Shown here piece after piece: positions 22,343 to 34,770 of a stretch of 64,000 nt of DNA. The DNA is from Amoebophrya sp. A120 (Eukaryota; Protista; Dinoflagellata): NCBI GenBank assembly GCA_905178155.1, contig CAJINV010000001.1, positions 8,339,599-8,403,598 of the forward strand, in the 5' to 3' direction. A program made the position numbers and the translations under genes. The number at the start of each line of letters is the position of its first letter. Position 1 is the first letter of the stretch. Below the pieces are notes generated by a model that had not been told where the DNA came from, did not search any database, and saw nothing but the letters and a program-made list of their open reading frames with translations.

Positions 22343-24071
22343 CTAGGTTCTAGCAGCAGGTGCGAACCTCATTTTTTCCGTGTTCTTTCCGCGCAGCAGC
22401 CTGTCCACCTTCTTCACGCCCACATCCCGCGGACTTGTTCCAGCGAAGTTGGTGCTCGTGGTACTTGCGCCCGCCGCCGTGTACGCACGCCCTTTCTTGC
22501 TCGCACTCCGCGGCGGCTCTCTGTTGAAACTCCTCTCCGCTCTTGACTGCGATTCGGATCGCCGCTGGGCTACAGCATGACCACTCGTGTTGCTGCTGCC
22601 CAAGAGCTGGCCGCCACTGTACGTCGTCCGATTGTTGGTTCGCGAAGACATCCACTGCCGGGACGTGTTATTCACCTTCGCCTTCCGGCTCGAATTCTGC
22701 AGCAACTGTTGCCCGCTCGAGTTCGACGTTGCAGCCAAGGAAGGCGACCCGGCAAACCGCTGACTCTTCGCACTGGTCGCCAGACTGGTGGCTTGGTCGG
22801 CGTCCCGCGGCGTGCTGATCTTCTCCGCGTTCTTCTGGTAGTAGTGATTTTTGGAAAACTTCGCCCAGGTCGACCAGTGCCGGCCCGCGTTTTCCGGCGT
22901 CCTGGTTTCGTACCGCAAAAGGTAGTTCTGCGTCGTGCGCGAAAGGTGCGCCCCAAGCGCGCCACCGCCGCCCCCGTAACTCGCCGCTGCGGCTGCGGCG
23001 CCGCTCCCGGGCCTCGCGAGTTTGGTGTTCGAGTTCGCATTTACACCCCCGCCGGACGAGTGTGCTGAATTACTGATACTTGCCGAATTGTTGTTTTCCG
23101 CTACACTCCTTTGCTCCTGATAACTGTTGTTCGAAGATCTTGTACTGGACTGCACGGGCCGCGGCCCGACGCTCGGCGGTCGCTGATTTGCACTTGGCCG
23201 CGAGAACTTCTGGTCCGTGGAAGCACTTATCACCGACGGCGCAGGCGCAGCACCACCAACCACAGCTGCGGGATGAACCATGTTGCCAGCAGTGTTAGTA
23301 TGCTGCGAAGTTGTGCCAGTCGTGAGGCGGACCGGCGTGAAAAAGTTCGGAATGCCGATTCGCGTCGACGGCGTCTGAAACTGCGGGGCCTGGTCCAGTT
23401 TCAAGAGTTGATTCGTCAGTCGGGACGGCGGCGGGTGCGCGACGGAGGTCGACGTCCCAGGGTTCAACACAACGGACGGCTGCTGCACCAAAGCTGTCGG
23501 GGGTTCCTGTGCGGAATTCGAGGCAGATCCGTTCGTGTGCAGCTGCAAGAACTGCCGTGCAGTGGACGTGGAACTCGAGGACATTTTCGTCAGTCTCGGG
23601 TTGTTGTTCTGTGCTTTAGGATTCATTTTCTCGCTGCCTTGCAGCCCCGTGGTACTGTTATTCGTCGACCGTCCGACCGTGCTGTTCTTCGTGGACCCGC
23701 GCGACGTAACGCTGGTTTTGCTCCCTCGCCGACTTCCCTGCGTCGACGAACTCGACCCTTGCGGCGCGGGCACGCTCGCCCGCCCGGGATAGTTGCTGTG
23801 GTGTTCCACCCCTCGGGGGCTTCGGCGACTGCGGGTGTGGGACTGCTGGGGGTTGCTTTGGAAACTCGCATCAGACGCCTTACTGGCACTGCGCTCTTTC
23901 GACGGAACGCGCCGCACGATATCGCCGGATTCCCAGTAGACCGGCCTCTTGCCACCGACAATGCGGTCGTCCTCATCGCGGACCGGGCGGGCCGACATGC
24001 ACCGCCGCTTCGAAAAGGACTCTCGCCGCTGGTGCTTCTGCTGCTGACCCGTGATGGGATTACGGAGAACC
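22343..24071 (-). CDS. Ser/Thr/Asn-rich low-complexity protein (large terminal exon; upstream exons unresolved)
   Basis: 551-aa ORF that extends upstream in frame to an acceptor (tttcag) near 24072. Confidence 0.7.
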
Positions 24072-25883
24072 CTGAAACGTTTCTACAGATTGAACTTACG
24101 TTTGCTCGTGAAGTAGACCGTGCTCGCCAACATTAAGTCTCCTTCATCGCAAAAAGCGGACGATAAAAATGGATAAGAATCGATAAAGAGCGACCTCCTG
24201 CGACAACAGACAGTCCTCTAGTACTTACCATCCAGCATCATCGGGCGGCGCGTCGAAGGGACTAGCCGGGGGCTCTAGGTGGGTGATCTTCGACGCTACA
24301 CCCCTTGCAGATTGCGGAACCCGTTGCTCGAAATAATTTGGCTTTTGACTGCCGCGATCTGTTTTGTGTCGTTGCGCGATTGATTGAATTTGATCTCCAC
24401 TCATGAAATACCTGTGGCCATGTCGTCCTAATTGAAAAACTTGACTATTTCTATTTCAACAAGCTGCGCATATACTCGATTTCTTGGACGATGCTCGTGC
24501 GGTGGACACTCCAATTTCGGGTGGCTCCGCCGCCCATGCCAGGCCGGACTGCGTGGACGCACTCGCGCCGGCTCTGCGGCTATGAAAGCGCAGATTCACA
24601 TCCAGCGTGTTCCGCGCCGGGGTCAAATGCGGTTCGCTTGGACGAGGGGACACTTCCCGGTGGAAGCGCGCGTAGTCCTCGACACACTTGCTAGATTGGT
24701 GACTCGGGGCGCGAACGTGCAGTCGTGAAGATGGCCGGGCGTCCGCACCGGTGCATGAGGCCTGATAGGTTAATAATCATGGGTACTTAAGTCTTTGAGG
24801 AGGTGAAAGACTGAGTATCTGCCGCCTATGCATGCACCATGCGAGAACAAACCTCAGACATTAATATTAGATGCAACTTCGCATTTTACCGTAGCGTCCC
24901 CCTCTGCTTGCCAACGGTAGGGTGCTTTCTCAGCGATATTGCGGCTACTCCTGGTATGGAAAGATTTTCGTCCGACGAGACTCGGACCGGCTTCATACCT
25001 TCGATTTGGTTGTGACGTTCTCGAGTAATTAGCTCAGGTCGACAACCTGATAGCATAGCACAGCACGGGGTTTGGCGTGTCGGAACTTTAAGAGTGCAGC
25101 CTGACCTTCTAATCAATTGCTTCAAGAATGAATAAGTCGAATCATGTCTAATCGCATCAGTGTTGTATCTAAAAGATGCAACCTAGCAGCGTCCTTTGCC
25201 AGCCGGGACTCGTCCCTAGTTCCAAAGCCGTCTATACGACTTGGTGCAGCCGCGCGCCCCGTTGGTCTCTCCACATTGCAATTGATGGCCCCGGTGCCGC
25301 AGAGAGAATCCCGAAATTTCTTATCCGGGAACTGGGCTCGGCCGCTGTGGGGCGCAACGTCATCGCTTCGGAAGAACATCTTTGAAAACGAACGCAAAAG
25401 CAAAAGCTGCTAGTCTACAAGGGGACTGGCAGTGACAAAAAAGTTTTCCAGAAACACGCACAACGGAATGAAAATCAGCTTTGAAATCGATCGCGACTTT
25501 TACCTTTGCCGTTTTGTGGTGTTTCATGCTTGCCGACTTACACGACTTTGCAAAGACCTTCTGTATCTGCACTTGACCAAATCACGCATAAGACTGTGCG
25601 AAAACAAACTACAACGAAAGTGAACAGTACTACCAGTGATCTCGCCACGGAAAAAAAATCCAAATCTTCGGGTTCATGTCACCCAGTGTGATGTACTCAC
25701 TAGAGCTATTATTGTCGTCTTCGCTTGTAAGAAAGCACTTTTCAGATTGCTTCAACAATTCTTCTTTGTCAGTCGGGGCTTCCGATGAAGATAAATTCCA
25801 TGTTCGTTCATAATATATCCGTCGTGTTAGTACTACAAAACGTTCATTTTTAAGGGTCTATTTCGACGAGACCACTCCGAGAG

Positions 25884-27551
25884 CTATCTGCGCAATGCCG
25901 AGGATGAGCTGGAGGCAGCGAGGTTGCGCTGATTCGGGTCCTTATCGGAAGAAGCGAAGATGCTCTGCTTCTGCAGGTTCGACTTGATAAACCCCTTTTG
26001 TTTGGTGTTTTTCTGGCAGAACTTTTGCCACCCGTTCGCTTTCTTGAAGGCGTCCTGCTCCTGCTTCTCGTCCTTTTGTTGCTGCTTCACGTGGTGAATC
26101 TTGCGCTTCTTCTTTGCTTTTACCTGAAGTGCGATTTGCATGTTGAATTATGAAATCTGGCTCGAATGCAATAAGTATGCCATTTGAAAATTACGCATGC
26201 AGCAGCAAGAAGAGTCAGTTCGGTTCAGAAGACAGAAGCACGGAAATAATGTAGCAGGTCCTGTTTTATTGAAGTCGAGTAGTACCTCGTCGGTGTCCTC
26301 AGGCTTCACCATGAAGTGCTCGGGAATCACGTAGCCGCCTGGTGTTATTATCTCCTTCGCAGGTCGCTTTCCGGCGGCAGCTGTTCGTATTTTTTTCCGA
26401 CAATTTCACTTCAAGGGCAGAAATCAGCCCCTTTCCCTGAAAATACTTTTCCAAAGTCGTGAGACACGTCGTAGCGATCAAGATCTATCAAGAAAAACAC
26501 AAATCACTTACCGGCAGCTCCGCCTAGCGTTTTTGCAATCTTCTGCCTGACTTGGTCAAATTTCACTTCGTCCTTGGTATTGTAGTCCGTAAAGCGCACT
26601 ATGTAGCCCCGATCGGTGTGTTCTTCCACAACGCAGTCGTACCAAAGCCCGTCAATCACCGATATTGCCTGCAGCTTCGTGCCGGGGAGACAGGCGGCCG
26701 GTGGAAGAGCGCGGAGCATCTTCAGTTCGGAAAGTTTAACCTCCTTCCGCTCCCGCTCGCCAAAAACGGTCAGCATGGCGCGGTCAACCCCCCGCTCGTC
26801 GCGACGAATGTTGAATACCTCTGCGTTGTACCTGTTTTGTGAAAGAAATGGAAGTTCAAATTGCGAAAGAAAGCGCATTCAAAAAACAAAAAGAGAAAAT
26901 TGAGTGCAAAACTAAGCGTTGTAAAGCATGTACAGAAAAGGCTGTATCTCATGGATGAATTTATCAACAAAAAACAGCCTTATACCAGCCGTTGAGCGAG
27001 CCGGGGAGATGTACTTCGCAGCTTCTGCCTATGAGTTCATGTCCCCGGCCTCGGTGCTGCGCCGGTCGGTCGTCGTCCGGCAGCAACTTTCCTTGTTGTC
27101 TCGCCTGCAGCGCTTCCGGGGCCTTCTGGACGACCTCTTTTTCCATGACCACCACCTCCTCGAGCAGCTTGATGACATCCTGCAAGTCCTGTCGCGCTTC
27201 CTTCAGCGCCTCGTAACTTATCACACAGAAAAAAACTGGCAGGGCATATTTGTAATGCAAAAATAAATACACAAAAAAATAAATCTGTATTGCATATCCG
27301 AAGCAGTATGCTATGGGGCCACCCATGACAAGTTTTTGTGTGTATTTATTTTTGCATTACAAACATGCCCTGCCAGCTTTTTTCTCTGGGATATAACTGG
27401 GGTCCGTGTCCGGGGTCACCGCGAGGGTTTCGTCCACGACCTGGAGCTGCTCGCGGTACTCCTTGAGCTGCTGCTGCTTGTCCTTCTCCTCCTCCGGAGG
27501 ATAGTTGTCATCCTCGTCGTCGTGCGGAAGATCCGACGGACGGTTCGACAT
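25884..27551 (-). CDS. SMNDC1: Tudor-domain splicing factor SPF30/SMNDC1-like
   Basis: N-terminal LKEYREQLQVV...DLQDVIKL, Tudor AISVIDGLWYDCVV...VRFTDYNTKDEV, and C-terminal KANGWQKF...KQSIFAS. GT-AG introns plus one TIR element. Confidence 0.85.
27219..27393. mobile_element. TIR introner (family E), 175 bp, about 58-bp IR
   Basis: TATCACACAGAAAAAAACTGGCAGGGCAT... / ...ATGCCCTGCCAGCTTTTTTCTCTGGGATA. Perfect TSD TAACT. Removal gives DPSYEALKE. Confidence 0.93.
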
Positions 27552-28401
27552 GTTGATGGCGTGCTTTCTATGTTGTCACGTGGCTTTGTATTCTCAGAAT
27601 GTAACGGAATCGATTTACTTGAGACAATTTGCTTTGGAAAATACGCCCAAATTGACGAATCATGAAACGAAATTTGTTCAACAAGTTCTATGTTCCAACG
27701 AATTCAGTGTTATTTCTATCGCAGTGGCTGAAAAACGTAGCAGGGAAGGAGGACGACGCGTGCTCCAAAAGATGCTGATCATTCGCGCGGGCTGGGTGGA
27801 AATAGAATCGAAGTCCTGACTTGCAAGCGGAATGGTGTCGGCTATGGACATACTTACTACTTTGTTCTCGTTGATGTGAGAGAGCAGATATGGATCTTTT
27901 TCATTTGCTTGATTTGTTTTTTTTTTTTCCTGTCGTAGTTTCCATTTCAGAGGTTTCTATTCCAATTTTTGATCCGAGTGAAAGATGAGTAGAGTGGAGA
28001 GAAAGTTTGTTAGTATCCGGATCTATTCTGCTCTGATCCTCCTGTGACAACGACGCTTTTAATTTGGCTGAGGTCGCTGTCGCGGCCGAACATCTGCTTT
28101 ACAGGAGATTTCATGAAAATCTCGGCTTTGCATCAAAAGGCGCTTCAAGCCCTGCAGACACACTGCTAGCTTTGACAATCAGAAAAAGGATTCTTAAATG
28201 GAGATTGGTGATGCCTTTTCGTCTCTCGTGATGAAAGAAACAATATCATATGTATAATATGCCATTCAAATTGCACATAACAACACGCAAATTGAACGGA
28301 CACTATTCGAATTCGTGATCCTCGTGTGGATCTCCCCTTTTTAGATGCGGAATGGTGACAAATTTATATTTAATGCCGGCGCGGAGGCATGTTGTTTAGC
28401 A

Positions 28402-30281
28402 TTATTCTCCTCTGTGTTCTGTGTCTACACTCGATCTTTTTTGCCTTTTCTTCCTCGGCTTGAACGCGAAAAGACCATTCCCAGGCTCTTCCCATGACGA
28501 AATCTGTGGTCGCTTCGGAGACTGAGATGACGAAGACGACGGCGCGGAAGAAATTGCTCCAGTAAAACATGGGGGTGACGTGGCAGCTTCACGCACCTTC
28601 ACAGCATGGCCGTGACCCGAAGTAGTAGGTACAGACGCTGAGGTAGCAGTAGCAGACGTGGTGATACTAATCGGATAAAGAAGGCTTGTGAAGGATTCAG
28701 CTTTTGAGTCTGGTGCTGCGGCGACCACAAAAGGAGCATCGCCAACAGAAGAAGCGTCCTCGGCCATCTGTTTGTCGATACCGTCATTGCGAAATACGGA
28801 TGTTACGCGTCTGTGGGCGATTATTCTCTGGTGGAGCATCTTCACGCTTGGCCAAAACGACAGAACATGTCCCATTGTGTATAGAAATGCCAGCGCATGA
28901 AACTGCGTCTTCTGCTGTGAGCTCAGCCATGGCATGTTCTTTCCCGCCCATTCATACAAGGTCCAACACAAGTCTAGCCTTTTCTGCCCGAGCTCTGCAT
29001 TCCATGAGTCGCCCGCAGCCCTCTGCTCGTCCTTGAGGTCCGCACGGTAGTCTTTGCAGAGCTCCCGTCGCATCTCTTCGCTGAAAGTCAAGGCGATCTG
29101 CTCTACCCTTTGTTCTACGACTTCCCTCGCCTCTGCATGACGGGCGGCAGCGCTCCTCATTTTCTGCTCGACTTCCTCTGCCACAACAAAATGCCGCTCC
29201 AGATGCTTGAGCATATTTCCCACAAACTGAATTTGACAGCATATTGCGCTCCAGTTTATTGTGGGCTTGTGGAGCCGAAAACATTCGAGCAATCCTTCCC
29301 CAACTGCTCCAGAACGACGCAGAACCTCCTCCATATCGACACAAGCAATCTCAGTCCCGAGCCCACTTATCTCGTCGCCGCTGGTGTCAATCTCTGCATG
29401 TACGTCCATCACTGTGCGCATCTTGTCATGAAAGCGCTCTTCCTGTTGGCGCTCTTTATCGGCATATGCGAACCAGTCGCCCCATGTGAAAAAAACCCGG
29501 TCGGCACAAATTCCGGCGCGGAAGAATCAACACTCTTGGTAAGCTGTAGCGGTAGTAGCAGCTTCTTCACATCATTGTGGATATGATGGAACCTTCCTCC
29601 AACGGAGTCGAGCACAGCACGAAAATCGAGGAGACCCTGAAGGATCCGGTACGCATAGGCATAGTGGAAGATCGAATAAGATCGTCCTTCGCGATCAGGG
29701 CACCATTCCGTCGTAGACCACGTACAGGAGTCATCACCCAGTTGCTTTTGCGTTTCGAACAATTCCTGTGATATCCGATTTATCTGTGCCAGTTTCTGTG
29801 TCAATAACGGGTAACAATGGGGATATCGATCTAACAACCTCCGTAAACAAGCCATCGATCCACCACGAAGAGCGACGTCCACGTCCCACAAAGCGCGCAT
29901 CTCAGCAGGCGAATATTGGTATCGCGCCGCGACTACGTGATGGTATGCATCGCGGACCTGCTCAAGGGCAGCAGTGCTGCAGCATCCGAGAAATTCCAGC
30001 GGCGGGAAAACCGGTGGGGGAAGAGCAGCTTGCAAGTCTTTCCAGTCGGGACCGGATTGAGTCGGATCCATATTAGAGTGTTTGTATACATCATACACAA
30101 CGTGTATTAAAGATACGAGTTCCGCCAAACCCGGAAGCCAATTGGCGTGCTTTGAGTTGCAGTTGGATGACATGCGGGACTCCATCGTTACCCACGGATC
30201 AGTTACGATGATGAAGTTGGCTTCCATCCGGCCCCGTCCTTGGTTGTCCACACGGTCTATGCGAATCTTCCCATGGGTCAC
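28402..30281 (-). CDS. Hypothetical helical protein split by an apparent frameshift (or pseudogene)
   Basis: 290-aa and 339-aa ORFs whose open frames overlap about 29409-29525, spanning a T7 run at 29489-29495. Confidence 0.5.
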
Positions 30282-30887
30282 GTGGCATCTTGTTCATGCA
30301 CATGCTGCTACGACAATATACATTTACATGCACTTACAATACCCGAGTCGACAGGTCACGTTGACAACGAGAACGAAAAGAATCATAGTCATACCTTGAA
30401 AATGAAAGCATCTGTACGTAGTCTTGACAAGATACTAGCCTAAGGAATCGCTGCTAAAAAAGAAAAAAGGTTTACAATCCTTCTTTCCGTTAGACAGGCA
30501 AACTCTGCATCAAACCCGGGATCTTCTTCGCCGCCAATATTGACCATATTCCCATCGGTAAAGTAGCTGAAATAAATGACCTGTCGCAAAAGTTTTTGTG
30601 GTCTCGTGCTCTGAACAACGGCGCTGTCGTATGTAAATTCACCCTATGAGGGTAGGTCAAGACCTAATCACTGCGAGGCTAATCACTAAGATAATCAGGG
30701 GACTGATATTCGTGGTTCGTGTTTTAGTGTTGTCATGCTTGGCATAGAACGTCATCACTTTATTAGGTCCTTGATCGCTCTCGTCATTTCTTGTCCTCAT
30801 CATGAGTTGCTAACTTTATGCCGAGTAGTGTCTTGGTGTGACCGATAGGTCCACAGTTTTGAAATTGAACTATCTCGAACTTCGTGA

Positions 30888-31391
30888 TCAGCGGCGCGTA
30901 CTTACGTGTTTACTGACATAGAAGAAGTAGTTCGAGAACAGAGATTGGCAGTACATCGGATATTTAGCGAGCCAGCGCTTTAGAACTGAGCACGGTGTCC
31001 GTCCCGACAAAGAAAAAACCTCATCTGTCATAGAGCAGGACACGCCAGCGTGATGCCGTGCGGCTTTTTTGTCTGTTAATCTCTTCATTCCAGGTATTCT
31101 GTATCTGTTTCGCAAATTCGTGAAAAATATGGGTCCACCACAAGGAGTCAGAGCAAGAATGAGTTCTAGGACGATCATGGATCTATATTCCCAATGAGTG
31201 AAGCGACACCTGTTGTGCCTTGTGTTACCAGTGTCTACTGATAATCTTGACCAATATCGTTTATTTAGCCTGGCGTCTTCTAAGCATTTATTTCCATCAA
31301 GCTGTATTCTCATCAAGTTCAAGAAAATCCTAAAATCATCTTCGTCGTGTAACTGCAACACGTGTCGAAAAAGGAATGGACAGTTACTCAT
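30888..31391 (-). CDS. Possible hypothetical protein or exon, AT-rich
   Basis: 167-codon ORF only; no motif. Confidence 0.3.
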   Translation of the reverse strand: MSNCPFLFRHVLQLHDEDDFRIFLNLMRIQLDGNKCLEDARLNKRYWSRLSVDTGNTRHNRCRFTHWEYRSMIVLELILALTPCGGPIFFTNLRNRYRIPGMKRLTDKKAARHHAGVSCSMTDEVFSLSGRTPCSVLKRWLAKYPMYCQSLFSNYFFYVSKHVSTRR

Positions 31392-31783
31392 GTCTTGTAT
31401 CCAAAAATGATGCGCTCATCGTCATCCTCATCTACAACCTTCCTGTTGTCCATAACTAATTTTGCGCATACCCAGACTAGGCCTGACATCTTGCATAATT
31501 TTGCCCCGCGAGGTGCTAAATTGCGCAGTATCCTGTTGCCGTACAGCAGGTGCTTTTTTTACCTTATCGAGCCAGCTCGTCCCAAAATTTTTGCGCTGGG
31601 CGGTTTTAACAAAAGCAACAAGTCGGAGAATGCGTCAGAAAAAAAAAGCATTCGATTGTGAAAAATGAAAAGAACAAAATTGTAGCAACAGCGCGCTGCA
31701 GCTTTCTACATGATTGACATAAGTACGCAAAAGTCCTCGGAGCAAGCCCAGACAACGGAGTAAATCAAATGACTCCACTCGCT

Positions 31784-34195
31784 TTACTGCGCCGGCATCG
31801 ATGCCTCTTCTTCGAACACTGGGTACACGCGGACCCCCGGTGTCGGGTCCGCCGTGGTGGTGGTCGGAACAGCTGCAGATGTGGAAGCGGTACTAGCTGT
31901 GGCAGCAGGCCACTCGACACTGCGGGCCTTGTGGAGCAAGTTCTTCACGCCCGTCTTGGCCTTGCCGTACAAATTAGTCAACGTGCTCTTCGGCGTGCAG
32001 GCGGAAATCGCAGTTTGCGCAGCCTCCGGGTAGTCCCGGAGCATGTTGTTGACCTGCTCGTAGCAGTTCATTTGGACCTTCGCCATGGAATAAGAGGGCG
32101 TACAGTACGAGGAGTTCTCGGAATTGGACATGCAGCTCTCGTACATCTTGTCCCGCGCGTATTCGTAGCCCTGGAGAGATTTTCATTAAAGTTATAAAGG
32201 GTTGGGGAAAAAATGTCAACATTTTTTGTGGTATCTGAGGCGGCAGGCATCGTGCGCACTACAAGGGGAATCGCTAAAGCTCGGATTTCCTTTTTACCCT
32301 TTTGCTGTGGATCGCAGATATCCAGCATTCAAATCACGACCCAACGGCACGAATCGAAGATGAAGATGATGTTGATGTCGAGTGTGAAACACACTGAAGA
32401 TCCATGAAGATGATCAATCGATGAGTACTACCAATGTTCCATTTCCCGATGCTATGAGCATCGTCAGAGCTTTACAAGCCCTGTACAAGCTTCCACATGC
32501 GGAAGTCAATCCGCATGGTATGATACGGACTCATTCTGAATCTTTCCCTACAGGTTTGTAGTGTTACCCCAGTAACACGAAGGAAGAAAGGAACTACATG
32601 GACTATAGCACCCGCATTCACACAAGCACGATGTAGCCCTGACGTTGTTCCACCCTCGTTACACGTAGTAAGATCGTTACTCGGTTGGGTTTCGTGAGTG
32701 CTGACCTTTTCGGTCTTACATTTGCACACAAAGAATGATGTCAAAGCTCCTGCTGAAATGCAATCTGGCGCAACCTTCTTCGGTACTGTAATAGCTACCA
32801 ATTTTTGCATCAACATCAACTCGACAACGAGCTCACGGAAAAGCTATTAAACAAACCTTCTGAAGCAAATCAGTGGGCTGACAAACTCCCTGGGCGTCCG
32901 TAGGCACGTTCTCCTGGCAGTATTGGTGCATTGTTTGCGGCACTCGCTCCGTAATAGTCTCCACGGGGTTGCAGAAGACCTGGAAGAAGTCAAGAAACAA
33001 GCGCAATTGCATAGTGCTCAACGTACTGAAAATTTCGTAGCTAATTGAGACGGGTCATGTAGGTCCTCAGCGTACATGCTGACAAGGGCGAAAGGAGCCT
33101 GGCATTAATTCATGACGCTGAGCGACGCAAAGAAAAAATCGTATTAGGACTACAAAATTACTCCGCCATAATTTCCTCCCAGCGTGTCGGCTGCGGACGT
33201 GGCCCCGAGCATGCACTGGTCGTGCGCACTTTGAGCAAATCGAGTGCAAATATGTCTGGGTCATCTGGATTCATGCATATATATTTTGTTTGACCCAGGA
33301 TGCCTGTGCTGTATGCCCAAGCATCACAGATTTTCTGAGTGCTTCTCGAGGCTGATGCCTCTCCCGCATGCAAAATGACCTCTCCGCGTTGCAAAAAACG
33401 GACTACTCATACGCTTGCTGCTTAGGCAATACAGATTTTTCGTTTCAGATTCCAAGAGCAGCATCACAAGTTTCACTCCTTCCGACCCCGAGGACACATT
33501 TGCAATGCATAGAGCAGCGTCCTGGATTTCCTTCTGGAATTCCTCCTTGATCGCCTGGTAGCCGAGGAAGCACACGCAAGCCGTCTGTAAAATAGAAATT
33601 GAAATTTGTCTTGCGAGTCAAGCTATCAAAAGTAAAAATGTCTGGGTCTGGAAACATGTGATGCTGGGTGGCGTCTCATGATGAGGCTGCAGATGCTGGC
33701 TCAGCATGACAAGTTTCTGAGCTCCTAGGTGTTGCCTATTCTGCATGACAAACTGCGCTTCTGCATCACAGAAAAGCGGACCTCTTGGGTAACGTGCATG
33801 ACAGATTTAAGAGTCATGCCAGACAAGCATGACAAACATGAAGTCTTCCAGACCCAGACATTTTTACAGTTGATACAAGCCGTCTACACATGTAATGCTG
33901 GAGCAATCAACGTATCATTGAATGCGCGAAAAAGTACACGCAGCAAGGCTGCAGAGCCAGAGGCACAGCCTCTCGATCAAGATTGTATCGCGCTAAGCTT
34001 TCCTAGCTGCGGCTGCTCCCACTCTGAGTAAGATAGTAATCAACTTTGACTTACATTGATTCGCCCAATACGACGCGCCAAGTTCCATCCCTTCCGCACC
34101 ACCGCTTTCCCGCACCGCACGGGCTTCCTCACCAAGAAGGACGCCAGGGCGGCATCCTGCGCCAAAAAAGACAGGACAAGCAGCTTCTTCAACAT
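31784..34195 (-). CDS. Putative secreted Cys-containing protein, multi-exon
   Basis: Signal-like MLKKLLVLSFLAQDAALA. Exons joined by GT-AG sites (IN|TACV, GG|VFCN, QK|GYEY) and one TIR element (QDAAQSAH). Confidence 0.7.
33238..33511. mobile_element. Degenerate family A-related TIR introner, 274 bp
   Basis: AATCGAGTGCAAATATGTCTGGGTC...GACACATTTGCAATGCATA. Perfect TSD GAGCA. Removal restores the frame. Confidence 0.8.
33624..33875. mobile_element. Family A1 TIR element, 252 bp, inside a canonical intron
   Basis: Perfect TSD CAAGC. Lies within the GT-AG intron 33585-34054. Confidence 0.92.
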
Positions 34196-34770
34196 GATGG
34201 TGGCTCGCTGGTTTTGTCTAGTTAGTCACGATGATGATGCCGAAAGGAGGTGGCTCGAAGAAAGACCAATGGGCGATGGAGATTTGCGTAGTAGAGACTA
34301 TGACTAACGCTGTAGATCTGTCCTGTAAAGTATCAAGCAGATTGATTGAATGTATCAATCTGTTTCATGTCACATTCATAAAGAAAAAGCAAAACGTGGA
34401 ACTACATCTCTATCCAACAATAAAGGGATCAAGGATCTGCCACGAAGTGCGCCGCACGAAAACTCGACGCACAAGGCATCAAAATACCCAACAAAGCAGG
34501 ATCTTGCAGAAAGCGCGAACGTAAAGAATCCATGTTTGCACCAAGCTGGTACTTAGAGTACGTTTTGATGGATCTTAGCGTCCACAAGCCCGCCTCGAAA
34601 GGTTCCTGCAACCAGGGATCTTCTTTGGATCCAGAAAAGGTACGTGCTTCAGATGCAGAGAACACGAGCACCAACACATCGTTTTGCATCGGAGAGACCC
34701 TATCTACAGGGAAACTCACTGAGCGAGCACGAAAATCAAGTCGCCGCACTAGGTACCGTGAGAACCGCCT

